DNA of 64,000 nucleotides. It comes from Glaucostegus cemiculus. Its lineage: Eukaryota. Where the stretch lies: assembly GCA_976551045.1 (NCBI GenBank), contig CDPCPM010000007.1, positions 13,640,001 through 13,704,000 of the forward strand. The letters are read 5' to 3'. This document shows positions 36,041 to 49,541 of the stretch, piece after piece. Every line of letters begins with the position of its first letter. Within the stretch, counting starts at the first letter, position 1. Position numbers and translations under genes: made by a program. Below the pieces are notes generated by a model. That model saw only the letters and a program-made list of their open reading frames with translations, had not been told where the DNA came from and did not search any database.

Positions 36041-36544
36041 ATACATAAGCACTTCATGTTTTCAGGCATGTCTAAAAATGCTTTCAGCATGCCCTTCTGC
36101 ACATATTGAACCAGTGTTGATCTGCTGGCTTGATTTTAATGTCAAAATGAAGGATACATGAGGTTACAATTGTGATTGTGTGCATTTCTACTTCTGCTAA
36201 TGGTCCATAGTGCCTCATGGATGCCTAGTTTTGTTTTGTTTCATTGAGCACAGATTTAATGCTGCAGAACCCAATGAAGAGTCCTCAGTGTGAAGATGGG
36301 TCTTTGTTTCAACATTTTTGGTGGTCCCTTCTACCAATGTTAGCATGGACCTTTGCACCTTCAGTAGATATATTGGTGGAGGTGAGGTCAATAAATTTAT
36401 CCCTCATGTTGCTTCGCTCACTACCTGCTGTTGACTGAAGTTCTGTCAGCCAGTCATGGTGTGACCAAGCACCCTTGATGAGGAATTTTGAAGTGCAACA
36501 CACAGATTATGCTCTGCTTTCAGTGCTTCTTCTGAGTATTGGGT

Positions 36545-36915
36545 GACACAGCAGCAGAAACATGTTCATTCAATCTTGAACTTGGGTACTTTCTGCGTGA
36601 GGTATACCTCTTCTCCCTGTGGCAATGTGGGTTTCCTCTGGGTGCTCCAATTTCCTCCCACATCTCAAAAACATGCAGGTTGGTAGATTAGTTGACCACT
36701 GTAAATTGCCGGTAGTGCATAAGTGGGTGATTAAAATCTGGGGAGAGTTAATGAGGATATAGGAAGAATATGGCACGATAGCCATAATTTAATTTAAAAT
36801 TTAAAAATGGGATTAATGTAGGATTAGTGTAACTGGGCTGTAGAATTAGTGTAGATGGTCAGGGTGGATTCTGTGGGCTGAAGCTCCCGTTCCTGGGTGT
36901 ATCTCTCTCTAACTA
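36545..36915 (+). mobile_element. V-SINE-like SINE
   Basis: gtgggtttcctctgggtgctccaatttcctcccacatc core; CR1-like 3' tail. Confidence 0.7.
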
Positions 36916-39900
36916 CTGTTAGACATCCACAAGCACTTGATTTTTCAGCTGATGAAGGATGGTAAATGGTAATCAGAAGCAGATTTCCTTGCTCTTGTTT
37001 ATCCTGATGCCATGAGACTTCATGAAGTCTAGAGTCAATGTTGAAGACTCCCAGGGTAGTTTGCTCTGTATTTTACTAGACCATCCGCTTTTCCCTACCA
37101 GACAGTAAAACAGAATGTACCAAAGGAATGTGACGGAGATGTGTCACATGGGTTGAAAGTTATGATTTTGAGAGGTCGGTGTTGTCAGACAACTATTTGA
37201 CTAGTCAGTAGGGCAGCTCTGCCAATTTAGATATCAATCCCCAGACGTTCATCAGATGGATTTTGTATGGTCATGTGGGCTTGGACAAACCTCCCTTTGT
37301 CCAAATTCAATGCCTGGGCCAGTATTAATTTAACAATTAGGTTAGAACTAAGTAATTTGCTAGGCCATTTCAGAGAATTTTCAAGGGCCAAATGTAGAGC
37401 AGATGGGTAAGGAAAGGAGATTTCCTCCCTAGGAAGGCATTGTGAACCAGGAGGGTTTTCTATAAAAATCCACTGTTTACTAGTATTATAATCATCAGAT
37501 CTTAATGAATTTAAAGTCCACAGCTGCCATTACAGGACTTGAACTCGGGTCTTTGTGTTATTAGCCTATGCATCTGAATTTCTGAAGAGTTAAAACAAAA
37601 ATATTTATGAATAGTCTTCAGAGGAGAAAACTGTATGGCAAGTGACAAATGAAGTAAAAGGAGAACAACAAATACAGAGAATATTCTTGTGTCATTAGTA
37701 TTTCTTGTACTTGCAAACATCACTCTATATAAAATAAATTTATGGATTTCTTTTCACCATTGAAACCCACATTCTCAATTAATCCTTTTGAAGGTAATTT
37801 CCATTTGTTTACATGGTGGACATTCCCAGTCTATTGTAGTCACTATCTGCATTTCTCACCAATCAGAAATTCATCATTAATAAACATTGGTTATCCAAAT
37901 CACATGCTCTGCAGTACCTTTCAGTCACGGATTCAGTGGCAGGTGACTTTGCTTTTCTGTTGTTCAGCATGTTATATTTTTAATGGATTATCATCCCTCA
38001 CTTATCTTGAAACTTGTTCAATGTATTTTGCTTGCCAACTGATTTTACTGTCACACAGGACTGCATACAATAGGTAATACAGCAGCTATTCATTGTGAAT
38101 CAATTCATTCTTTCACATAGAATACAAAAGATTTGTTAAAGCATTGAAAGCCAATTCAGTTCAGCTACACTTGTCAAACAATGTATCTGTTATTAATGGT
38201 TGGTAGCAGTCGAAGGAACAGTATTAAACAGACAACATATATTTCTAACAAAATGTAATGTTTATTGCATTCAGCATTAGATTCCAAAATAGCATAGAAT
38301 TTGTCTAAAAAGAATGAAATATGTTAATTGTCATTATTGAACTTCATGAACATGAGACCTGTGTTTCCAAAGAGGCTTAAATTTAATTTGTTATAACATT
38401 TTTTAACTTAACCTGTACAATGTTAAAGGATGGGGCTTGTGTTGGATTCTCTGCTGTTACGTTCCACCACCAAATTTGTCTCATCCCCTTTGAGTTTAAG
38501 TGAGAAATGCAGTGAATTAAAGGATGGTGCATTGGTTTTATTGTAATTCAGAAGATTGGACTTGAACCTCGCTGCAGTCTGTAAGGATGCAGAAATGAGA
38601 TGCAGAACCTATTTATCTTTGTCAGCTGTAGAGTTCATCCCACTCTCCTCCCCTTTTGCCAGATTACTTTAGAGTCTTCCAGATTTCACTTTGTCAAATG
38701 TATATCCAAATGTCTTTGGAATGTTACTATTGAATCTTCTTATAGCATATTCCAATCCAAACTTTAGGCTGGAGATTTCCAAATCACAACTTCTAACTGC
38801 ATTTAAAAAATTCTCCCCTCTTTGGTTCTTTGAATTCCATCTATTTTATTTATCGTTATTGATGGCCAGAAGAAACTGGGAAGGAAATATAGGAACTTGA
38901 TATATTCCATTGCATTGGCCAATAATGTTTCTCAAGGGAAATGAATTCTTTATTGATTAATTTAATTGAAGTGATCACTATCATCATTGTGTGGAGGCCT
39001 GTATCATATTGACTACTTAAAGAAAAGCAACATGGGGGCAAGAAGTGGGGAGGTAATTCCTCCAATGGTTAATAATTTTCTTTAAACAAGTTTTAAATTG
39101 TGCTTTGTACTTATCACAACAATTTTACTAAAGTTGAAAGAACTTTTTGAATCTTGAAAAACATGAGATTCTTTTCTGGGCTGATTGAGAAAAAGACAAC
39201 TAAAAGGTTAAGTGCAGTTGTTTATATGAATGTGTACACAGATCACAAATGTATTTGATGTTGAGAACTGCCATTTAGTTAATACTTTCATTGAGGCCAA
39301 CAGCCTTTCAACACAGCATTGAATTGTTTCTTAATGATTCCACTGCCCTGCCTGAGAAAACAGATGTTATGTAATTTTATATTTGTTTCCTGATAGCGGC
39401 CCTGAATTTGCCTTTTTCTAGTTTTACCTACATTCTCTATTTTATAACAGTATTGTAAAAAATATTTGGGATTCACCATTATTATTTCACTTAATATTTT
39501 ATGCCCTTGTGTGTTTTCTATCATTCACCTGCTCTGTGAATTAGAGTTTTGACATTTTTCTTCATCACATAATTCTCTGATGGCCCTGTACTGCACCAAG
39601 CTTTTTGAATATTCTTCTTGTGTCTCAGTGAGTCAAACTAAATGCAGTTTTCAAGTTACAGCCACAACAAAGCACTGTACATTTTCAACAAAGTCCATAA
39701 CATCTGGAAAAATACGCTTTACATTATTCTGCTCTTAAATTAGGAACCAATTTCAGAGTGCAGTTGGACACCTAATGCTATAGAAATTGCCCAGTTTACA
39801 CAGGAGATTTAAAAAAAACCAAATCTTTTTTAAAGCAAACTACTTCAATGAAAGAAACTATTTCACCTTCCTTAAAAATCATTAACCACACTGGTACCCA

Positions 39901-41057
39901 GTGGAATTGTTGGTTTCTCTTACCTCTAACACCCGCATTTACAAATATTCTACAGTAGTGTTTCCCAACTAATATTTTCAACACAAGTATAATCTCTAAA
40001 ATAGATGAAATTTGCAGGGCAGAGAAAAATAGTTAAAGTATTATAAAGATCGATTTATATTGTTCAAAACCAATTCTAGTTTTGCTGAGCTTTGTCAGAT
40101 CCTCCTGTTTTACTATATTGTACTTGGCATTATTTGCTTAAATGCCCTCAGTAAATGCAATGTAAACAGCACACCTTCTTTTAAATTTGACGTACGCCAT
40201 TTTAACTCAAAATATGTAGCAGAAAATTTCTGGACCAAGGAGGTTCAAAATTAAATATATTTGAAACATGTTTTGTTTTAAATTTAGAATTTGAATGGTT
40301 TTCATTATTTTCGCTTTGTTCATAATGTGTCATGAGATGGCTACCTCAGAGAAACAGGAATTTCCTGAAATTGGTAGAAGTCTGGGGATGAGTGTTTTTG
40401 TTTTACTCAGTCATGTCCAGCACCCAAATGGAATTGGTTATAAATAGGTAACTGGCCCTTTAGTGATCCTTAATCTCCCCTACTGCACACGGTGACTTGA
40501 GCTCTGATAATCCTTCCTCATTAAGGTGTCAAAACAGTAACAAATAGACCTATATTATAAAGAACAGTAATTTTATAGAAAAGTATGTGATAATTGCAAG
40601 TGGTTACAAGACAATGATAATAATAATGGAGTTTCACTGAATCATGTTTTTTCAAAAGATATCAAAATGACTGATGTGTATAGCCACTGAGTACCAAGTA
40701 AATAATGCCACCTTTGGAAACCTGCGCCACTGAGTTTATATTACTGCATATCTGGCATCTTCTCCATCAAGCAAGATAGTACTCAGTAGCATTGTTTATA
40801 ATGTAGCTTTAAAGAATACACTGGCAGGTTATTTAGAGACTTAAGCATGTCTGTCTAAATTCATAACAACACCACCCATTTCCCTTGTTTGTGGGTCACC
40901 AAAGATGAGAGACTGCTGAGAATGAACCTCTTAGTGAAGAGAAGAAAATAACAATGGTGCTGCAATGGTGATGTTAGTGCAACACCAGAACTACATTGGG
41001 ACATTAAAAACACACAAATACCCCAAGACCAGAATGCAGGTGTTATTCAAAGCCTTA

Positions 41058-42272
41058 TATAGAACATCGCAGCACAGTACAAACCCTTTGGCCCACGAGG
41101 TTGCGTCGACATTTTTAACCTACTCAGATCAACCTAACCGTTCTCTCCCACATATCCCTCCTTTCTATCACTCATGTGCCTATCTCAGAGTCTCTTAAGT
41201 GTCTCTAATGTATCTGCCTCTACCAGCACCCTTGGCAGTGTGTTCCATGCACCCACCACTCTCTGTGGTGGGGAGGGGAATATTTAACTCTGATATCCAT
41301 CCGTACCTTCCTCCAATCACCTTAAAATTATGCCCCCTTGTGTTATGCTGCCCTGGGAAAATGTCTCTGGCTGTCCACTCGATCTGTGCTTCGTCATCTT
41401 GTACAGCTTTATCAGGTCACCTCTCATTCTCCTTCATTCCTAAGAGAAAAGCCCTAGCTTGCTCAAGCTCAATCTATCCTCATAAGAAATGCTCTCCAAT
41501 CCAGATAGCATCCTGGTAAATCTACTCTGCACCCTTTCTAGAGCTTCCACATCCATCCTATAGTGAAGTGACCAGAGCTGAACACAATATTTTAAGTGTG
41601 ATCTTGAGGAAGTCGAGGGTTAAGAAATTGTGACTGTACATATAACTAATGAAAAAAATACCACGCAAGCAAATCCCTGGCTCAGGACTAGTTGGTAATC
41701 ACTGTGTCCAGAACTTGATTGCAAGCCAATTATACTAAAAGTAAGGGTGATGGTTCTATTAAACAGTAAGTGTGAGGTTTGTCCTAAACAATGAGTGTGA
41801 CGCCTGTGGTTTTGTAGAGCTGCAGCATTACCTCGTGGCTCTTGAACTCATTCCCTTGACTAATGAAGGACAACATGGCATTCGCGGCCTTAACAACCCA
41901 GTCAACTTGCACGGCAACTCTGAAGGATCTATGGACATGGACCCCAAGATTCCTCTGTTCCTCCACACTGCTAAGAATCCTGCCATTAACCCTGTGTTCT
42001 ACCTTCAAATTCGACCTTCCAAAGTGAATAACTTCACACTTTTCTGTGTTAAACTCCATCTGCCACTTCTCAGCCCAGCTTTGCATCCAATCAATGTCCC
42101 ATTGTAACCCTCAACAATCTACACTATCCGTAACACCAGCAACCTTCGTGGCATCTACAAACTTTCTAACCCACTCTACTACTTCCTCATCTAAGTCATT
42201 TATAAAAATCACAAAGAGCAGGGCGTCCCAGAATAGATCCCTGCAGAACAGCACTGGTCACCGACCTCCAGA
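41058..42272 (-). mobile_element. 5'-truncated CR1 LINE with ~200-bp unrelated insert
   Basis: WAEKWQMEFNTEKCEVIHFG..; 3' tail at ~41060; CR1 homology is broken at ~41603-41805. Confidence 0.88.
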
Positions 42273-42779
42273 AGCAAATATGAAAGTATAGCTTTTGGTA
42301 TGTTTTTAACAGGGTGATGGGTGGGGGGAGGGATGTGCCAAGTGCTAATCTGGAGGGAGAAGCCTGCTCCACTAGAGAGCAGAGCCATCACCAGCACTTC
42401 TAAATTCTTCGTGTTGGTGCGTGGATGAATATTTGCAGACATTAATTCTTGACCAATGCAAATGGGTGTTAGGGAATGCCATTGACTGGGTCCAAAAGAG
42501 TTCAGGAGTCTGATCAGTCCTCCCCAATAGTGTACAAATGCCAGATTTTTCTGGCTGCATGGTGCAGTTAAATGTGCGTACTTGTCCATGCCTCTCTGAT
42601 GTGTTCAAAGGGACTGCCCACTGACTTCATATCTCCATTTGGAACCCTACTGGAAGTAGAGCATCCTGCAAATTCTTAGAGGCACAAATGCACCAACTTA
42701 AACAAACTTTGACTGAGCCGTGAAGGGAGAATTATTTTAATGTCCCAACATGCAATAATTTGGAAAATTAGTATCACCT

Positions 42780-43230
42780 ATTGTAGGCCTTCTTTCCCAG
42801 TTATCATGACTAAAGTCATGCAAAAGTCACAAATATTGCTACACATTTTGCCACGGCAGAAACTCTGGCAGTCACCGTTTCAAGTAGGGGGGCCACCATG
42901 TACCAGGTATGTTGCAGGATTAGGCTGCACATGTCACCAAAAGCCCAAGGGACCATGCTGTTGGTGTAAGCATGTGGACAGGGACTGGCAATGTTAAGGA
43001 ACTCTACGAAAGAAAAAGGTGGACATCTTAGAGATGGATAACTTCAGGATTGTCCTTGAAATGCGGCTCAAGAATGCAGCCACAGGAATCTTTGAATGCA
43101 GCTCAAGAAGGGATAAGCCTGTTAACAAATGCTGGAGCAGGCCATCGCCCTCTTGTAAAACACACTTCCACATTACACCATATAACACTAATGTCAGAGG
43201 TAAATTTGCACACCAATTGACAATGTTGTT
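42780..43230 (-). mobile_element. Possible highly decayed Harbinger/PIF transposase remnant
   Basis: Only scattered motif-like pieces on the minus strand (WCANLP, AYP, LQHT, C..LHDF) in the expected order; weak. Confidence 0.25.
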
Positions 43231-43321
43231 GTGTTCGCAGTGATGTTTGCACAATGCACTACATGATAGCATTTCAAGTGCACTTTGAAATGCAACAACT
43301 TACCATTTTTTTTAATATTAG

Positions 43322-43433
43322 GATCCTTGTTTCTGACCTTCAAGAAATAATGGAGAAGCAGAGTGGCTCCAGTGCTCGATGTCGCCGGTCCAATCCGCTC
43401 TACAACTATGAAGTCTATCATACTTTAGAAGAG
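43322..43433 (+). CDS. CPA6: CPA6 exon 4 (end of propeptide, RxRR convertase site, start of catalytic domain)
   Basis: tag|G ILVSDLQEIMEKQSGSSARCRRSNPLYNYEVYHTLEE|gtatgt; 112 nt; YNYEVYH is CPA6-typical. Confidence 0.93.
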
Positions 43434-44984
43434 GTATGTAAATAAAGCCACAATATTTCTAATATTGATCCTGCCTTATTTATGTAAAAGAAATAAGGCA
43501 TTTACCCCTCAGTCATACTGGGAATGTTTGTCATGAGCTAGTCTGAGAAGATCAGGCTAAAATAGAAAAAAAATTTAAGAAATACCAAAGAAAAAAATTA
43601 TCAGTAATTGGGGTAAAAAACAGACCAGGCTCATTTGAAGAGCATTCAAGTTATGCAAATGAATGTTGTTACCTATCTTTTTTTTAAAATGTGTATCTTT
43701 GAAGGTGGCATCTGCCAAGAAACAAAATGGATTTCTTCAGTCTGCTATCTTTGCTCAGTTCATCAAATCCTCTGTGCTAAAAATCTGTAAAAGTCCTGGA
43801 ATAGATTTTCAGTGTGCTGAAATGGCTGTACTGTTGACCCAGGCTCAGTTGGCACTCCTGTACGTGGTTACAACAAATAAAAGTTTTCAATGAAGGCTGA
43901 ACTAAACTCTGACTGTAGGAATTCTCACAACGTGGGAGCTTTATGCTCTCCAAATCCTGCAGAGCATGTCACAATTAATTTAATGATATTTGTATGGAAA
44001 TGGTATCTGTGTACTTTTGCAGTGGTGATAACTATCTTAAATGTGTTTATGTTGGATATGTTGATGTAAGAACCAGGAACTGAGCTACTGTACCATTAAT
44101 ATGTGTGCTGCATTCTGAATGAGATTCTAATAAGCTTTTGACTTTTGGAATGTCTTCTTGCCCTGATGCATCTCAAAGATATGTTTGCTTCTGGCTATTG
44201 TACCAGTTTAATGTCCTGCTGGTGTCAAAAGGCACAATTCTTAAAGAGGTAGTGAGAACAAGCCTTCTCAGTTCTAATCTACCTCCTGTTGGATCAGATA
44301 CTTGCACCAAAGCATGAGGTTTTATGAATGCAATGAAATGAGGCAGATTTCTGAATACTTTGCTTCTTCTGTTGCCTGGGGCTCACCAGCACCAACACTC
44401 ACTGGATCCAGCACACTCTCCTCCAGAACTGTCAGCCTGCACTTTTGATGTGGTCGTCTCCAGTTTGCAATGCCAGATCCCTGTTCCAAGTGAATTTTGC
44501 CTGTGGTGGAAAATAATTGTTATTGAGAAATACAGTATGGAAACAAGCCTTTCAGTCCGCTGAGTCATGTGGCCCATTAACACTACTCCTACATTAATCT
44601 TTCTTTTTATTTCTCCCCAAATTCCCATCAACTCCCCCCTCCCCCACCAGATTCTATGATTCGCCTACACAATTGTGTAAAGCGATTAAATAGATATGAC
44701 ATTGTACCCCTATTGGATAACTGCATGGGATTTTCATAGAGTGAGCTTGTGAATGTAGTTGTGGGCAATGAATGGAGTGAAGGCCAAAGTGCATTACTGA
44801 GTTGGTGGGTGATTAAGTTGCTGCAGTGATAGAATTGCAGTCAGTGTGTGCATTTGAGAAAGAATGTGATTTGATACAGTGGTGGGAGGTGCAGTTGTAA
44901 CTGGCTTGTTTGGGTGAAGGAGGGAGAGAGTCAGAACAAGAGCAGATGGAAGGGAGAGAGAGGGTGCAGGAAACAGGAGGTGAG

Positions 44985-45735
44985 TGAAAAAGCAAAAGTT
45001 GCATATGCTGGAAATCTGAAATAAAAATAGAGAATGCTGGAATGTCCTGCAGCTCTGGGAAAAGTAAGAAGTCAAACAAGTCTTAAGTTTAAAAATAAAT
45101 AGGCAATGAAGAGACACAAAATTCTGCAGATGCTGGAATCTGGAGCAATACACAAAAAGTGTTGGAGGAACTCAGCAGGTCAGGCAGCATCCATGGAGGG
45201 AAAAAACAATCGATGTTTCGGGCTAAGACCCTTCATCAGGACTGGAAAGGGAGAGGGCAGAAGCCAGAATAAGAAGGTGGGATGAGGGGGAGGAGAACAT
45301 ACAGGCAGGTGATAGGTGAGTTCAGGTGATAGGTTGAAGGGAGCTGGGAGAACAAGGATAGGATGAAGATTATGAGCAACTAACACCCACAAATGGTGGC
45401 AGTTCTGGCTGAAAGAGGGTGGTGAAGACTTGTCAATCACAGAGGATCTATCTGAAGGAGTTGTGAAAAAGAAATGAGGATAAGAGGTGAGAGAGAAAAG
45501 TAAAATAATGAGGCTGGAATTGTAACATACAAATTGGAGAAGCAGAGCACGGCAGATAATGGAAATTTGAAATAAAAATAGAGAATGCAATAAGTACTTC
45601 CAAGTCAGACAGCATCTGTATAAAGAGATGTAGGGTCAATACTGCAGGTTGGTGTCCCTTCATTAGAACTGGCCAGTTCTGATACAAATTGGAAATTGGT
45701 TATCTGAAATTGTGAAATTCAATGTTGAGTCCTTA
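44985..45735 (-). mobile_element. Cluster of Penelope-type terminal repeats with hammerhead motifs
   Basis: Three copies of the gctggaaatctgaaataaaa..gaatgctgga..ctcagcaggtcaggcagcatc motif; CTGATGA..GAAAC on the minus strand at 45207-45244. Confidence 0.65.
45207..45244 (-). ncRNA. Candidate minimal type I hammerhead ribozyme
   Basis: Minus strand CAGUC-CUGAUGA-A-GGG-ucuuag-CCC-GAAAC-AUC-GAUUG. Confidence 0.6.
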
Positions 45736-45749
45736 GGGCTTAGGGCTGA

Positions 45750-46126
45750 CTCTTGCTGTCTGGAAAGAGGCTCAAATGCATCAGGGCGAGAACAACGAGG
45801 CTGTGCAATAGCTTCTTCCTGCAAGCCATCAGAACTGTGAAGTCTCTCATTCCTCTATTTACCCTGTTAACACTAAAGGGTGCTTGGCGCTCAGAAATGC
45901 ACCAGCACTTTAAATGCCCGCTACCAGTTCGTTCACTTTAAAACTATTTATTTAACCTGCTGAATTTAATTTAATTTTCGTGGTTTTAATTTTTTTTAGT
46001 GTGTGTCAGTGTGTCTCTTCTGCTTGTTATTTAATGTGACGTTCACCTGTGGAGGACGGTATCTCACTCCTATGCATACTGTGTGTGTGTATATGGTTGT
46101 GACAATAAAATGATTCTGATTCTGAA
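45750..46126 (+). mobile_element. Rex1/Babar-like LINE 3' end
   Basis: LSGKRLKCIRARTTRLCNSFFLQAIR; aataaaa followed by (tgattc)n tail; same family as 60455-61470. Confidence 0.8.
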
Positions 46127-46194
46127 ATATGCCTTATCAAAATACAAAAGGTTCTTTGAGCTCACGTTACTGGATCATGTCTCGCAAATCTGTG

Positions 46195-47382
46195 CGGGTT
46201 TTTGAAGAAGTAACCAAAAGGATTGATGAGGGCAGAGCAGTGGATATTGTCTGTATAGACTTTAGCAAGGCCTTTGACAAGGTCCCACATGGAGGGCTAG
46301 TCTGGAAGGTTAGAACACATGGGTACAGGGAGAGCCAGCTAAGTGTATACATAATTGGCTTGATGGTAGGAAGCAGAGGGTGATGGTGGAAAGTTGTTTT
46401 TTTTACACTGGAGGCCTGTGACTAACGGTGGGCACAGGGATCACTGTTGGGCCCATTGATGTTCATCATTTATATAAATGATTTGGATGAGAATGGCATG
46501 GTTAGTAAGTTTGCACATGACACTAAAATAGCTGGTATAGTAGACAGTGAAGGAGGTTACCAAAAATTACATGGAAGTGGCTGAGGAATGGAAAATGGCA
46601 TTCAGCTGAGAGGTGTTGCATTTTGGGAAGAGAAACCAGGGTATGACTTTCACAGAGAACAGTAGGGCGCTGGAGGGTGTTGTAGAACGGACTGATCAAG
46701 TAGTACATAGTTCCCTGAAAGTGCCGTCACAGACAGGGTGGTAATGAAGATATTTGGTATGCTGGTCTTTATCTTTCAGGGCATTGAGAAAAGGAGTTGG
46801 GATGCTATGCTGAGTTGTGCAAGACTTGCATGAGGCTGCACCTGGAGTATTGTGCACAGTTTTGGTTTCCATATTACAGTAAAGATGGCATTAATCTGGA
46901 AAGAGTGCAAAGAAGATTTCGGAGAATATTGCCAAGACTCAGGCCTGAGTTACAGGGAGAGGATGGGCAGGCAGGGACTTTATTTTTTTGGAGTGTAGGA
47001 GACTGTGGGTGACCTTACATCAGTACATAATTTCATGAAAGGCATAGATAGTATGAATGCACATGGTCTTTTTCCCAGGGAAAGGGAATCAAAAACTAAA
47101 AGAGGGTATAGATTTAAGGTGAGAGGAGAAAGATTTTAAAGGGATCTGAGGGGTCCTTTCTTCATGCAGAGGGTGGCGCATATATGGAACGAGCTGCCAG
47201 AGGAAGTGGTTGAGGCAGGTACAATAACAACACTCAAGAGAGACTTGGGCAGGTACATGGATAGGAAACGTTTAGAGGGATGTGGGCCAAAAGTGGGCAA
47301 ATGGGACGAGCTTAGATGGGCATCTTGGTCAGCATGGGTGAGTTGGCCTGAAGGGCCTGTTTCCGTGCTGTATTACTCTCTG
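46195..47382 (+). mobile_element. 5'-truncated CR1 LINE
   Basis: FEEVTKRIDEGRAVDIVCIDFSKAFDKVPHG; RLHLEYCAQFW; QRVAHIWNELPEEVVEA. Confidence 0.9.
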
Positions 47383-47409
47383 ACTTTATTGGGCTTTGTT
47401 GAACAGTTT

Positions 47410-47720
47410 AAGACAGAGAGAAGTCAGAATGAGAGCTAGATTCAGAATTAAAGTGACACTTGCAGACTGAATGGGGATGTCTGCAAAGCAGTTACCCAAT
47501 TTACATCTGGATTTGAAAACATAAAGGAGACTGCTTCATGAGCACTGAACACACTACAATATTAAAGACATTCCATTTGTTCTACCCATCCCTCCCTCTT
47601 CGCAAGAAAACTTGCTTGATTTCCAACTTCTTTTGTTCTGAAAAAGATTAGCAACCTGAAACATCACTTCTGTTTCTCTCTCCACAAATGCTTCCTTACC
47701 TGCTGCATATTTCCAGGATT
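47410..47720. mobile_element. Penelope-like remnant with terminal repeat
   Basis: Degenerate match to the 55740-55915 segment plus an inverted terminal-repeat motif at 47635-47718. Confidence 0.45.
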
Positions 47721-48599
47721 CTCTCTTCTTATTAAGGAGATTGAGAAAGCTTGTCAATGAACATTTCAGAAATGAATGAAGATTTTTGAATCTTAACTTT
47801 TGAAGGCCTCACTTCAGTGAGATAATCCCTAGTTCCCAAGGCCTACCCCTGTCTATTGGACTCTAGCTCTGCAATGCTAACCCCTTAAGCTCTGCACTTC
47901 ACAATCAACAAACACACACCCATCCCTTAATCCCAGAGCTGTGGGCCCCAAACTCCATGTGCATGTCCTATGTTAGTGTGTAGCATTATTAGAGGTGTGA
48001 TCATTGTGCATGGGTGTCCTTTCTTGAGACCTCACAGTTCACAGCAAGACCACGACAAAGAAGCAGCACATAAACTGGGTAGGTGAAAGACGGAGAGCAG
48101 GGGTGTGGTAGGGAGGAGCAAGACAGAGGCACACAAAAACTTCAACCAGAGCTTTTAGTAATGCCAACTGTTCCTGAGATGGCATGGCATTACAGAAGGG
48201 AACCTGACGATGGCAGTTTATAAACCAAGCTATGTAATGTTCCATGTTAGTGCTTTTTTAAAATATCTTTTTAAAACACAGTTCAAGGAAATAGTCAGAG
48301 GTGACAGTAACTTAAATTTCTTACTAGTACAATTGTATCACAATGTAACTTTGGCCACTGTTTTACAAGTATGCTGTACTTAGCTGTACCAGCTTACTTT
48401 AACCTCTGGAAACACACAATGTATTTTAACACTGATAAAATGATGCTGAACAATTTCTAGCTCTCTTTCTTAGTCTTATTCCTCCAAGGAAGTGTGTAGT
48501 CCTGCTTTCAATTGAGCACGTTGATTTCTGCAATCTCACTCAACTAATATTTGTTGTTTTGGCTTGTACACTTCTGGAAGGAAGGAGGAGAAAGTATGA

Positions 48600-48910
48600 C
48601 TGCAGGGCAAGGAGATTTACAATGATGTTGCCAGGGCTGGAAAATTACAAATATGAAGAAAGACTTACTGTGGTGAGGTTGTTTTCTTTGGAAGAAGAGG
48701 GTCTTAGGGGAGCTTTAGTACAGTTGTACAAATTGATGAGAGGCCTATTCAGCACAAACAAGAAGGACTGACTTGACTGATCAACAACTAGGGAATATGG
48801 ATTTAAGTTAATTAGTAGAAGGATTAGAAGGAATGTGAAGTTAATGTTTTTTTTCCCCATAAGAGTAGTCAGAATTCTGGAACTCACTGCTAGAAAGGGT
48901 GGTGGAGGCA
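48600..48910 (+). mobile_element. Old CR1 3' fragment
   Basis: RRFTMMLPGLENYKYEERL..LFSLEEEGLRGALVQLYK. Confidence 0.7.
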
Positions 48911-49252
48911 TTAAGGTTAGGTAAACTAGTAATGGGTTAAATTCACATCCCACAATTTTAAAATTCTAATCCATATTTGTGACTCACTGAAAATATTTTA
49001 ATGCAGCGATGTGTGTTTTCAGTTGGTGTAAGCCTGTATTACACAGTGTCTGGCATGCACCATGCATATTCAGTGAAAAGAACAATATCTTTGCTTTATA
49101 CAAATAAATGCTTTACATCAGAAGCCATATAAATGGATGTAAATTGTCAAATGTCTGAGAATACTTCCATGATATTTGATTGTCTTTTGAAGATCTAGCT
49201 AATTTATTTTTTTCTGCAATATACTTTTGCATCTGATTTGATGTATTTTCAG

Positions 49253-49354
49253 ATACAAAATTGGATGCTTCAGATGAATCAAACCCATTCTCAACTCCTT
49301 TATCTTTCATCAATTGGAAATTCATATGAAGGGAGACCTCTCTTTGTTCTTCAG
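49253..49354 (+). CDS. CPA6: CPA6 exon 5
   Basis: ttcag|IQNWMLQMNQTHSQLLYLSSIGNSYEGRPLFVLQ|gtagtt; M14 IGxSYEGR motif; 102 nt. Confidence 0.94.
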
Positions 49355-49436
49355 GTAGTTTACATGGGTTATTAAACCTATTCAATATTAGATTCGTGTT
49401 AAATATTGAGTATTTAATGTCTGCTTTTGATTTCAG

Positions 49437-49541
49437 TTAGGCAAGAGATCACATCCTTTCAAGAAAGCGGTGTGGATAGATTGTGGTATTCATGCCAGAG
49501 AATGGATTGGCCCAGCCTTTTGTCAATGGTTTGTCAAAGAA
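49437..49541 (+). CDS. CPA6: CPA6 exon 6 (zinc ligands HxxE)
   Basis: ttcag|[35 protein letters not shown]|gtgagt; contains GIHARE (His69/Glu72, CPA numbering); 105 nt. Confidence 0.96.

Larger units (their letters stand above)
34630..37320 (-). mobile_element. Old CR1-clade LINE remnant with nested SINEs
   Basis: 34770-34950 is homologous to the RT core at 32520-32665; degenerate sequence continues upstream; SINE cores are inserted within it. Confidence 0.55.
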
